DNA of 64,000 nucleotides from Candidatus Woesebacteria bacterium (GTDB lineage Bacteria; Patescibacteriota; Microgenomatia; UBA8517): NCBI GenBank assembly GCA_013374835.1, contig CP055307.1, positions 215,315 to 279,314 of the forward strand, read 5' to 3'. Shown piece by piece: positions 54,280 to 62,127 of this stretch (position 1 is its first letter; each line of letters starts with the position of its first letter). The notes under the pieces were generated by a model. It saw only the letters and a program-made list of their open reading frames with translations, ran no database searches and was not told where the DNA came from. The position numbers and the translations under genes were made by a program.

Positions 54280-54526
54280 AGGTTTGGATGCAACTTATTG
54301 GCTGTCCATCGTAATAGCATTGGCATTTTTCGAGCCATTCCTCGTTCCCGCTTACCTTTGCGCTCCTGCAGTTCATACGATCCTGGTTTTCAAAGGTGGT
54401 GTCTATGCCCTTGATAAAAGCCCAGCCGAGGATTAAAGCTCCGCTGCTGATGAGGATTACTTTTGCCAGTAGCCCTATGTCGTGATTGCGCTGCGGTTGG
54501 TAGGTGGTTGCTGCGTAATCCATCAT
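54266..54526 (-). CDS. Small membrane protein
   Basis: 86 aa with one TM helix (GLLAKVILISSGALILGWAFI) and a Cys-containing tail. Confidence 0.35.
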   Translation of the reverse strand: MMDYAATTYQPQRNHDIGLLAKVILISSGALILGWAFIKGIDTTFENQDRMNCRSAKVSGNEEWLEKCQCYYDGQPISCIQTYDEK

Positions 54527-54885
54527 GGTCGACCCTCCTTTCCTGGTTCGATGCCTAGCCTTTGCATGCGAGCAAGCATCTTGTCTCGTATTTGGTAGAT
54601 TCGTTTTTGGGAGATTCCGTGCTTGACGCTGATATCTTTTATCGACAGCGGAGAGTAGAGGTAATCGCTTAGGATGCGCCTGTCTCGTTCCCAGTTTTCG
54701 GATATGTTGGTGAGGAGGATTCTATTTACTGCATAAGAGTCTTTACCGTTTTTGGCGACCATTTGTTCGAGGGTCAACCCTGCGAAGTAGTCTTTGAGAA
54801 TGTCGGTGTTTGCGTCCCAATCTAAAAATCGCTTGACATTTCGCTTCCTTAGAGTTTGAATTTGTGACAATCTTTGGGCAGTCAT
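54523..54885 (-). CDS. Sigma-70 region-4-like HTH regulator (first gene inside attR)
   Basis: C-terminal LSIKDISVKHGISQKRIYQIRDKMLARM is an HTH typical of sigma-70 region 4 / LuxR-type domains. Confidence 0.45.
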   Translation of the reverse strand: MTAQRLSQIQTLRKRNVKRFLDWDANTDILKDYFAGLTLEQMVAKNGKDSYAVNRILLTNISENWERDRRILSDYLYSPLSIKDISVKHGISQKRIYQIRDKMLARMQRLGIEPGKEGRP

Positions 54886-54937
54886 GGTTTTTTGCCCTGG
54901 GATTGCGCCTTAATTTTGTGGGATAATTTAAGAGGTT

Positions 54938-55597
54938 ATGAAGCCTTTTTTATTTGTCCTTCGAGGATTCCGATTTCTGGATGAGTTTCCTGAATTTAGC
55001 AGAGGAACGCTTGAGGCTTTGAGGCAGCCAATGGAGGATGGTGAAGTTTCTATAACAAGGGCTGCTGGAAGTGTAAAGTTTCCGGCTTCTTTTATGCTTG
55101 TTGCGGCCAGTAATCCTTGTCCGTGCGGCTATCTGGGGGATGTTAGACGTGAGTGTAAATGTAGCCCTAGGCAGATAATGAGGTATCAAACAAAGCTTTC
55201 AGGACCTTTGATGGATAGAATTGATATACACATTAATGTTCCTGCTTTGGATGTTGATGAGCTGATGGAGAGAGGAGTTGTAAAGAGACCTGAAAGATCG
55301 ATTTCTGTGCGGGAGCGTGTTTTTAGGGCGAGAAAAATACAATTAAAAAGGTTTGATAAAGACGGGATTTATACAAATTCGGACATGAAAAATAAGCATA
55401 TTAAGAAGTACTGTGTGCTTGATAATGCGGGGCAGGCAATCTTAAAACAGGCGGTTAATACCTATGGATTATCTGCAAGAACATATTTTAGGATTATAAA
55501 AGTGGCAAGAACTATTGCCGATTTGGCAGGGAAAAAGGATATTGATGCTACTTGTGTTGCCGAAGCGCTTCAATATAGGGTCCGGTTAAACGATTAA
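54938..55597 (+). pseudogene. comM: ComM/YifB C-terminal fragment (Mg-chelatase C-terminal domain). Starts at a phage-junction ATG.
   Basis: MKPFLFVLRGFRFLDEFPEFSRGTLEALRQPMEDGEVSITRA... continues the comM sequence from Walker B onward, followed by the ChlI C-terminal domain. Together with 13499..14446 it reconstructs a ~515-aa ComM. Confidence 0.85.
54978..54987 (+). repeat. attR core repeat TGGATGAGTT
   Basis: Identical to 14412..14421. Lies inside the 5' end of the comM C-terminal ORF. Confidence 0.7.
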
Positions 55598-55975
55598 ATG
55601 AGTAAACTATATAATTTGCCAAAAGGCAGATATGGAGAAGAGGTTGGCAAGGATTATCTTTGTAAAAAGGGCTATAGTTTGCTTGCTAGGAATTATAGGA
55701 CGAGGTACGGCGAGATAGATTTAATTTTTTTGGATGAGGATGAAATAATTTTTGTAGAAGTAAAGGCAAAGGTGGGGGAGGACTTTGGTACTCCGGAGGA
55801 GATGGTAGACAAAAGAAAAATAAATCAAATTCAAAAAACGGCCCAAAGCTTTCTTGTTACCAGAGCTGATTTGGCGCGAAAGTATGAAAAATATCGCATT
55901 GATGTCGTTGCTATAGTATTTAATGGAATGGGAGGGGTTGACAGGATTGACCATTATGAAAATGTGGAGATTTAG
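55598..55975 (+). CDS. yraN: YraN-family (UPF0102) endonuclease-like protein
   Basis: GEEVGKDYLCKKGYSLLARNYRTRYGEIDLIFLDEDEIIFVEVKAK is the characteristic YraN PD-(D/E)xK core. Confidence 0.75.
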   Translation: MSKLYNLPKGRYGEEVGKDYLCKKGYSLLARNYRTRYGEIDLIFLDEDEIIFVEVKAKVGEDFGTPEEMVDKRKINQIQKTAQSFLVTRADLARKYEKYRIDVVAIVFNGMGGVDRIDHYENVEI

Positions 55976-55992
55976 ATTTTGAATATAAATAT

Positions 55993-56859
55993 ATGGATTA
56001 TCAAGATTTTGAGATTAAAAGCGTAAAAATTGGTGACAAAAATTATCCTAAGAGATTGTCTGAAATAAAAAATTATCCAAAAAAAATTTTTTATAGAGGA
56101 AATATTGGTATTTTAACGTCTAAAATTCTTGGTGTTGTCGGCAGCAGGAGAATGACACGGTATGGAAAGATCGTTATTAAAAATTTTATCCCGGCACTTG
56201 TTTCGGAGGGAGTGGTAACAGTAAGCGGGTTTATGTATGGGGTTGACACAGAGGTTGCCAGGGAGACGCTTTTGGCCGGTGGCAAAACTGTTGCGGTTTT
56301 TGGCTGTGGGCTTGATGTAGTTTATCCACCTGAGAATAAAAAGCTTTATACTCAGATACTTGAAAACGATGGGCTTGTTTTGAGTGAATATGAGAAAAAT
56401 GCAAAGCCTCATTTGTGGAAATTTCCTCAAAGAAATAGAATTGTAGCAGGAGTAACTTCTCTTGGTGTACTGATTATTGAGGCCGGAATTAATAGCGGTT
56501 CTTTGATTACTGCGAGGCTTGCCCGCTCTATGGGGAAAAAAATATGGGCAGTGCCAGGACCTATTGATTCGTTGACTTCACAAGGGACTAATTATTTTAT
56601 TAAGAAAGGTTTTGCTAAGATGGCGACAGAGCCTTGTGATATTTTATCAATGAAAAGGATTGCAAAGAGGGTGTATGAAAAATCCAATTTAGATTCTTTT
56701 GAAAAGAGAATTTTTAATATTTTGGCACGTGAGCCTTTGGGCGCGGATGAAATCTCTCAAGCTTTATCTGAGGATATTTCAAGGGTGTCTTCAGCTTTGA
56801 CAGTAATGACAATAAAGGGAATTATAAGCGAAAGCGGGGGAAAATTTTATAATAGTTGA
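55993..56859 (+). CDS. dprA: DNA processing protein A (DprA/Smf)
   Basis: Rossmann-like DprA core GVVGSRRMTRYG...VSGFMYGVDTEVARETLLAGGKTVAVFGCGLDVVYPPENKKL with a C-terminal winged-helix tail. Confidence 0.85.
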   Translation: MDYQDFEIKSVKIGDKNYPKRLSEIKNYPKKIFYRGNIGILTSKILGVVGSRRMTRYGKIVIKNFIPALVSEGVVTVSGFMYGVDTEVARETLLAGGKTVAVFGCGLDVVYPPENKKLYTQILENDGLVLSEYEKNAKPHLWKFPQRNRIVAGVTSLGVLIIEAGINSGSLITARLARSMGKKIWAVPGPIDSLTSQGTNYFIKKGFAKMATEPCDILSMKRIAKRVYEKSNLDSFEKRIFNILAREPLGADEISQALSEDISRVSSALTVMTIKGIISESGGKFYNS

Positions 56860-56909
56860 TGAAAATATTTATTTTTCATTGTAGAATATTTAGACTGCTT
56901 TAATTATTT

Positions 56910-57785
56910 ATGAAGATAAAAAAAGCTGTTATCACTGCTGCTGGTTTTGGGTCTAGATTTCTACCAATAACTAAGACTATTCCCAAAGAGCTTCTTCCTA
57001 TTGTTGATAAGCCTATTATTCAATACTTGGTTGAGGAGTGCAAGGAAGCAGGGATCGAGGAGGTTATAATCGTTGCAAGTCCTGGGGAGGTTGCTAAATT
57101 CGAGGATTATTTTTATGGTAGTGCTACTAACATAAGAACGCTTATGATTAGGCAGGGAAAGCTTGATAGATGGGATAAGGTAGAGCAAGTTTTCAGGCTT
57201 CCTAAGATTACAATAATGCCGCAAGACGAGAGATTGCCGTATGGCAACGGCAGGCCTGTTCTGACGGCAAAGGATTTGGTTAATGGCGATGAAGCTTTTG
57301 TTGTAATGTGGGGAGATGATGTTGTTTTAAGTCAAAAGAGCGCCGTTGCCCAGATAGTTGAATTTTATGAGTCTACTCATTGCGATGGAGTGCTTGCTGT
57401 ACAGGAGGTACCTGATGATGAGGTGAGTAGGTATGGCATTGTTAAACTTAAAGAGGGCACTTCTGATGAGGTAGAAGCTGTGATTGAAAAGCCTAAGCAA
57501 GGAGCGGCCCCTTCAAATCTTGCTTCTTATGGAAGATATGTTTTGACTCCGCGTATTTTTGATTATTTGGTTCCGGACGCAGTGGGGCTTGATGGCGAGC
57601 TTTGGCTTCAAGACGCGAATGACCAACTTGCCAAGCATGGTGTCTTGAAGGTGAAAGTGGTTGAGGGTGAGTGGATGACCACAGGAGATCCTCTTCGGTA
57701 TATGAAAGCTGCTACAAAGTTTGCGCTTAAAAGGGGTGATATTGGAGAGGAGTTTGAGGAATTTTTAAAGAATATTGTTTTTTGA
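56910..57785 (+). CDS. galU: UTP--glucose-1-phosphate uridylyltransferase
   Basis: KAVITAAGFGSRFLPITKTIPKELLPIVDKPIIQYLVEE nucleotidyltransferase signature. Confidence 0.85.
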   Translation: MKIKKAVITAAGFGSRFLPITKTIPKELLPIVDKPIIQYLVEECKEAGIEEVIIVASPGEVAKFEDYFYGSATNIRTLMIRQGKLDRWDKVEQVFRLPKITIMPQDERLPYGNGRPVLTAKDLVNGDEAFVVMWGDDVVLSQKSAVAQIVEFYESTHCDGVLAVQEVPDDEVSRYGIVKLKEGTSDEVEAVIEKPKQGAAPSNLASYGRYVLTPRIFDYLVPDAVGLDGELWLQDANDQLAKHGVLKVKVVEGEWMTTGDPLRYMKAATKFALKRGDIGEEFEEFLKNIVF

Positions 57786-57856
57786 GATCCGGGCGGGAAT
57801 CGAACCCGCGCATCGCGGTTTTGCAGACCGCAGCGTTTCCACTTCGCCACCGGATC
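57785..57856 (-). tRNA. tRNA-Cys (anticodon GCA)
   Basis: Minus strand GATCCGG-TG-GCGAAGTGGAAACGCT-GCGGT-CTGCAAA-ACCGC-GATG-CGCGGG-TTCGATT-CCCGC-CCGGATC-T. 7-bp acceptor stem, canonical T-loop GGTTCGATTCC, anticodon loop CU-GCA-AA. Confidence 0.8.
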
Positions 57857-57890
57857 GAATGAGTATATTTTAGCATACAAAGGTGTTGAT

Positions 57891-58316
57891 TTATTTTCTG
57901 AGTAGATATATTTGCAAGAGGCGGAGATTGAATTTTCCTGAATAGAGAAAATCCGATATGATAGCAAGATAAGCCAAGAAGACAAAAAGACCAAGTAGTA
58001 CGTGGATGTAACCCCAGTATACAGCACTTTTCCCAGAGTGGAGTTCGCTCATACGACCAAATTTGGAACCGGTAGTTAAATTTATTTGTCCCGATTTAAC
58101 AGCCTTGATTCCTTTGAGTAGAACTCCGAGACAAAGAAATGTCATAAGGGTAAAATTTCTGAGGTTTAAATAGGGTAGATGACCCCAATTTTTTATAAGG
58201 AAGAACAATATTGAGATTAATAAGATTTTTTTAACAAAATTCTTAAAAATACTCATATTTTTTATATAATACATGATTAAGTGATCTGAAGTAATTTGAA
58301 ATTTAAAACCCCGCAA
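57891..58316 (-). CDS. Hypothetical integral membrane protein
   Basis: 141 aa with 3-4 hydrophobic helices. Confidence 0.4.
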   Translation of the reverse strand: MRGFKFQITSDHLIMYYIKNMSIFKNFVKKILLISILFFLIKNWGHLPYLNLRNFTLMTFLCLGVLLKGIKAVKSGQINLTTGSKFGRMSELHSGKSAVYWGYIHVLLGLFVFLAYLAIISDFLYSGKFNLRLLQIYLLRK

Positions 58317-58333
58317 GAAAGCGGGGTTTTTGT
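58307..58333. terminator. Bidirectional rho-independent terminator
   Basis: AAAACCCCGCAAGAAAGCGGGGTTTTT, a perfect GC-rich hairpin flanked by A- and T-runs. Lies just downstream of the hsp20 stop. Confidence 0.65.
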
Positions 58334-58355
58334 TAAGTGATAAATGAGAAAAGAA

Positions 58356-58751
58356 TTAATTGTTTTTCTTCTCTTTTACTGTAATTCTTCTTGGCCTTGC
58401 AGCTTCAGCCTTGGGAATTGTTATGTAAACTACTCCGTTTTCAATCTCGGCTTCGGCTTTATCCCACTGACCTCCTGAGAGGGCAGCGGAGTAGTAATAA
58501 TCATACTGGGCATAGCGCTCTTCGTTTTCTTTTTTGGTTTTTTCGCTTGCCTTTGCCTTAATGGTTAATACTCCGTCTTCAATGTTAACTTCAACGTCTT
58601 TTGCAGGTACTCCTGCAACAACTGCTTCGGCGATTATGTCGCTATCCGTTTCTCTTATTTTTAGTCCTTTCTGAAACGGTTCCTCGAGATCTTCAAAGAT
58701 TCTTGGAAATCGTAAAAACGGATCCCATCTTGTGATTGCCATATTTATCAC
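58356..58751 (-). CDS. Small heat-shock protein (Hsp20/alpha-crystallin family)
   Basis: Alpha-crystallin domain ...DIIAEAVVAGVPAKDVEVNIEDGVLTIKAK... and C-terminal ...GVVYITIPK. Confidence 0.85.
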   Translation of the reverse strand: MINMAITRWDPFLRFPRIFEDLEEPFQKGLKIRETDSDIIAEAVVAGVPAKDVEVNIEDGVLTIKAKASEKTKKENEERYAQYDYYYSAALSGGQWDKAEAEIENGVVYITIPKAEAARPRRITVKEKKNN

Positions 58752-58883
58752 CTCCTTTTATTATTTGATGTGGAAGTGGTTTATCACTCCCATTAATTGA
58801 GTGCTAAACATATAGTAGAAAAAATATTTTTATTTGTCAAGATAAATATATACTTGTAATTTTGTTTTTAAGATTATAAACTT

Positions 58884-59741
58884 TTGAACGTGACCTCTAG
58901 TAGAAAAAAAATATTTTTTTTGTTTTTTTTAATATTATTGGTTTTCTTTCTGTCTTTTGGAGTATGGTTTTACCATAAAAATAGGAAAGCCTCTTTACTA
59001 ATTGAATCTGACCCTGTTGCAGAGGTATATATTAATGGTGAACAGGTAGGTAGGACTCCTTTTGAGAGAGAGTTTGCGGCACGAGAGGTGACGGTTAGGC
59101 TTGTACCGGAGGCTATAGATAAGCCTTTAATGGCATATGATACTAAAATAGAGTTGGTTCGTGGTGTTAAAACTATTGTGCGACGTAAACTTGGGGAGTC
59201 AGTGGAGGATTCTTCCGGCGAAGAGATATCCTTTGAAAAAACAGGCGGGAAAAATGCAAATGTTTCTGTTATTTCGAGACCTGACGGTGCGCAAGTTTAT
59301 TTTGATGGCAGGATAGTTGATCTAACTCCTTTATTAATTGAGGATGTTTCAGAGGGTGTTCATGAAATTAGACTTTTTTTGGACGGCTATTTTGAAAGAA
59401 CTTTTTCTGTTAATGCTTATTCTGGATATACTTTGACAGCTTTGGTTGATTTAGAAAAAGATGAAAATGCACAAAATGATCTTTTTGAAGAAATTAACAA
59501 TTCTTTGCCCTCTTCCCCACTAGAAGTTGAAATACTTAATACTCCTACTGGGTTTTTAAGGGTGAGGAAGGAGCCCTCTACCAGTTCGGAAGAGGTTGGA
59601 AGGGTTGAACCGGGTGAAAAGTATGAGCTTTTGGATCGCGATAGCGTTGCCGGATGGTATAAGATAAGATTTGACGAGGAAATTGAGGGTTGGATATCTT
59701 CGGAATATGCTACAGAATCGGCAGAATTTGCCGAAGATTAG
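58884..59741 (+). CDS. Membrane-anchored PEGA-domain protein with C-terminal bacterial SH3 (SH3b) domain
   Basis: N-terminal TM helix. Two PEGA-like repeats (PVAEVYINGEQVGRTP; DGAQVYFDGRIVDLTP). C-terminal GFLRVRKEPSTSSEEVGRVEPGEKYELLDRDSVAGWYKIRF SH3_3 pattern. Confidence 0.6.
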   Translation: MNVTSSRKKIFFLFFLILLVFFLSFGVWFYHKNRKASLLIESDPVAEVYINGEQVGRTPFEREFAAREVTVRLVPEAIDKPLMAYDTKIELVRGVKTIVRRKLGESVEDSSGEEISFEKTGGKNANVSVISRPDGAQVYFDGRIVDLTPLLIEDVSEGVHEIRLFLDGYFERTFSVNAYSGYTLTALVDLEKDENAQNDLFEEINNSLPSSPLEVEILNTPTGFLRVRKEPSTSSEEVGRVEPGEKYELLDRDSVAGWYKIRFDEEIEGWISSEYATESAEFAED

Positions 59742-60685
59742 GTCGAATAGTCTGCGATGTTACCGTAGAGAATCCAAATTATAATTGTAACCCATATTGT
59801 TACAGAGGCGATGAGCGATTTATCCGAAAGAAGAAGTTTTTCAGGAGTTTCGGATTTGCCCTCGAATATTAAGCTTTCGTACCGCATAATGCCGAAGATT
59901 GTAATGGGTATTGTTATCATCATTAATTTGTTTACCGTTGTGGTTTTTGAAAATTCGGCCAATATTAGCCATAGAGGAAGCGATGCTTGTGGAGATTCAA
60001 AAAATGAAAAAAGAGCCCAGCTCATCCACGCAGCGTTACCGAACATGGTAACGTAGGAATTTAGAAGCTCAGGGCTGTATTTTGAAAGACTTTGCCTTGT
60101 TTTTGTTGATCTACCCATTATGCTTAGTTCTGCTCTTCTTTTACCTGATGCGAGAAAAAGTGCTACCGAGATTACACACAACAAGAACCATACGGATAAA
60201 TGGGCATTAATAAGAAAAGCGCCAGAATATACTCGAATAATAAAGCCTGTTGCGATAATTAGAATGTCTATAACATGGAGGCTTTTGAGAAAGAGCGAAT
60301 ACGAAATTTGAATTAATAGATAAGCAAGGATTAATAAGAAAAATATTTCAGAGAGATAAAGTGCGCCGATGAGTGATATTAGTGCAAGGATTCCAGAAAG
60401 AAAAAGTGCGGTTTGGGGTTTAATATCCCCTTTTGCTATTGGTCTTTCCTTTTTGATTGGGTGGAGGCGGTCTCTTTTTGCATCGAGAATATCGTTAAAT
60501 GTGTAGGTTGCGCTTGCCGCGACGTTGAATATCCAAAATCCCCAGAAAGTTTTGATAAACATGGGCTTGTTAAAGAGATTATTTGAAAATATTAGTGCTG
60601 CGAAAATTCCGAAATTTTTAACCCAATGGATGGGTCTGGAAATTTTTATGATGCCTATTATTGTTTTTGTTTGTGATTTAGCCAT
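59738..60685 (-). CDS. UbiA-family prenyltransferase, decaprenyl-phosphate phosphoribosyltransferase (DPPRT)-like
   Basis: N-terminal RPIHWVKNFGIFAALIF and Asp-rich motif NDILDAKRD (NDxxDxxxD). Multiple TM helices. Confidence 0.65.
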   Translation of the reverse strand: MAKSQTKTIIGIIKISRPIHWVKNFGIFAALIFSNNLFNKPMFIKTFWGFWIFNVAASATYTFNDILDAKRDRLHPIKKERPIAKGDIKPQTALFLSGILALISLIGALYLSEIFFLLILAYLLIQISYSLFLKSLHVIDILIIATGFIIRVYSGAFLINAHLSVWFLLCVISVALFLASGKRRAELSIMGRSTKTRQSLSKYSPELLNSYVTMFGNAAWMSWALFSFFESPQASLPLWLILAEFSKTTTVNKLMMITIPITIFGIMRYESLIFEGKSETPEKLLLSDKSLIASVTIWVTIIIWILYGNIADYST

Positions 60686-61722
60686 AAGGTAATTCCCCCT
60701 GTGAGGAGGGCTACTCCTATCATAGTATACAGTTTATTCTCCGAGTTCAAAAATAGTGAGAGTATTCCGAAGATAGCCGTTACAGCCCAATAGAAGGCGG
60801 CAACTTGTTTAATGCTTAGGCCATTTTCTAGAAGTTTGTGGTGCAAATGTCTGTTGTCACCCCAGACCGGTGATTTACCCGAAAGAATTCGTCTGATTAT
60901 TATATATGTAGTGTCTATAAGCGGTACTGCGAGAACTAATGCAAGTGTTCCTACTTTTGCTGTTGTAAGAATTGAAAGAATTGCAAGCATATAGCCTCCA
61001 AGATTCGACCCGGAGAAGCTTGGCATTATTTTTTGAGGATAGATGTGCCAAGGTAAGAAACCTAAAAAGCTTCCGAAGGTAATTGCGCCGAGAGTGGTTG
61101 TATGCCATTCGGTGATATCTGCTGAAAATTTAAGCGAAAGCAGGCTTATTGTTAGTGCTGCGATTGCAACAACTCCGGTTAGCTGCCCGTCAACTCCCTT
61201 TGCTCCCATATTCAGAAAATTCATAATAGCTACGATCCAGAAAAGCGCAAATAAATCAGATAGAATCCAGATTGATCTTGCTTCTCCCAAAAGAAATATA
61301 TCTATTTGGGGCTGTGAAAGATCAATTATATTGCCGAAAGGGCTTTTCCAAAAGGCGATGCCTATACCAGCTATAATTGGCATGCTTGCGGCTGTAAATT
61401 GTACTGTCAGTCTTAGATACGGGTTTAGATTGTATTTGTCGTCGAGCAGACCCAGTGCTGTTAGAATTGTAGCCCCACAGATAATTCCTTTAAGATGCTT
61501 GTCGAGTGGTAGGAAAATTAAGCTTGAAAGCAGAATTGATATAAATATTGCCAGACCGCCTCCTCGTGGAGTTTTGATTTTATGGATAACTTTGGGATGT
61601 TTGTTCTTTTGGGGATCGTCGATAAGATTTAGCTTCCATGCTAATTTAATCGTCGGATATGTAGACAAGAAAGATATGACGGTGGCCAATAGAAAAGGAA
61701 TAAAAAAAGTATCTATTATCAT
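60658..61722 (-). CDS. Polyprenyl-phosphate sugar-1-phosphate transferase (MraY/WecA family, GT4-type)
   Basis: ~10 TM helices. Motif NFLNMGAKGVDGQLTG corresponds to the conserved NxxNxxDGxDGL signature. Confidence 0.75.
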   Translation of the reverse strand: MIIDTFFIPFLLATVISFLSTYPTIKLAWKLNLIDDPQKNKHPKVIHKIKTPRGGGLAIFISILLSSLIFLPLDKHLKGIICGATILTALGLLDDKYNLNPYLRLTVQFTAASMPIIAGIGIAFWKSPFGNIIDLSQPQIDIFLLGEARSIWILSDLFALFWIVAIMNFLNMGAKGVDGQLTGVVAIAALTISLLSLKFSADITEWHTTTLGAITFGSFLGFLPWHIYPQKIMPSFSGSNLGGYMLAILSILTTAKVGTLALVLAVPLIDTTYIIIRRILSGKSPVWGDNRHLHHKLLENGLSIKQVAAFYWAVTAIFGILSLFLNSENKLYTMIGVALLTGGITLWLNHKQKQ

Positions 61723-62078
61723 TAAAGATTCCCAACTATTGAAATTATTTTTAATACTGTGATTGTTGAAAGAATCGTAACAATTAAGGAGAGGGATAAA
61801 AGCGAATATTGAAGAAATTTATCTTTAATGAATTTTATTAAAATTAAATTAAGAAGTAGAAAGACAATTGTAAGAGATGGCGGCATAAAAAGGTAAATTT
61901 TTGGTACAAGCTGTTCTTTCCCGCTTGGTTTGCCGTAGAGAAGCGGTATTTCCGGGGGCAGGAGGCTTCTAACCGCAAAGATAAAAATAAGTACAATTAT
62001 GTTTAGTAGAAATATTGTTATTGTAACAGCCGGCTTGGGCAGAAAGTTGAGATTGGTTTTTTTTAATTTCATAAACAA
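61722..62078 (-). CDS. Small integral membrane protein
   Basis: 118 aa with three TM helices. Translationally coupled to the upstream transferase. Confidence 0.4.
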   Translation of the reverse strand: MFMKLKKTNLNFLPKPAVTITIFLLNIIVLIFIFAVRSLLPPEIPLLYGKPSGKEQLVPKIYLFMPPSLTIVFLLLNLILIKFIKDKFLQYSLLSLSLIVTILSTITVLKIISIVGNL

Positions 62079-62127
62079 GGTTTACCTATTTTAGCGTATT
62101 AGATTTATTTATGGCAATTATTATGGA

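Larger units (their letters stand above)
14412..54987. mobile_element. Integrated temperate prophage (~40.6 kb) inserted in comM
   Basis: Split comM and a 10-bp perfect direct repeat TGGATGAGTT at both junctions. A tyrosine integrase sits at the left end. Terminase, portal, capsid, fibres and lysis genes are present. The element looks visibly GC-richer than its flanks. Confidence 0.85.

Noticed and set aside
57785-57856. tRNA-Cys as the prophage integration site
   Set aside because: The prophage junctions are clearly in comM, 2.8 kb away. The tRNA is intact with no flanking repeat.
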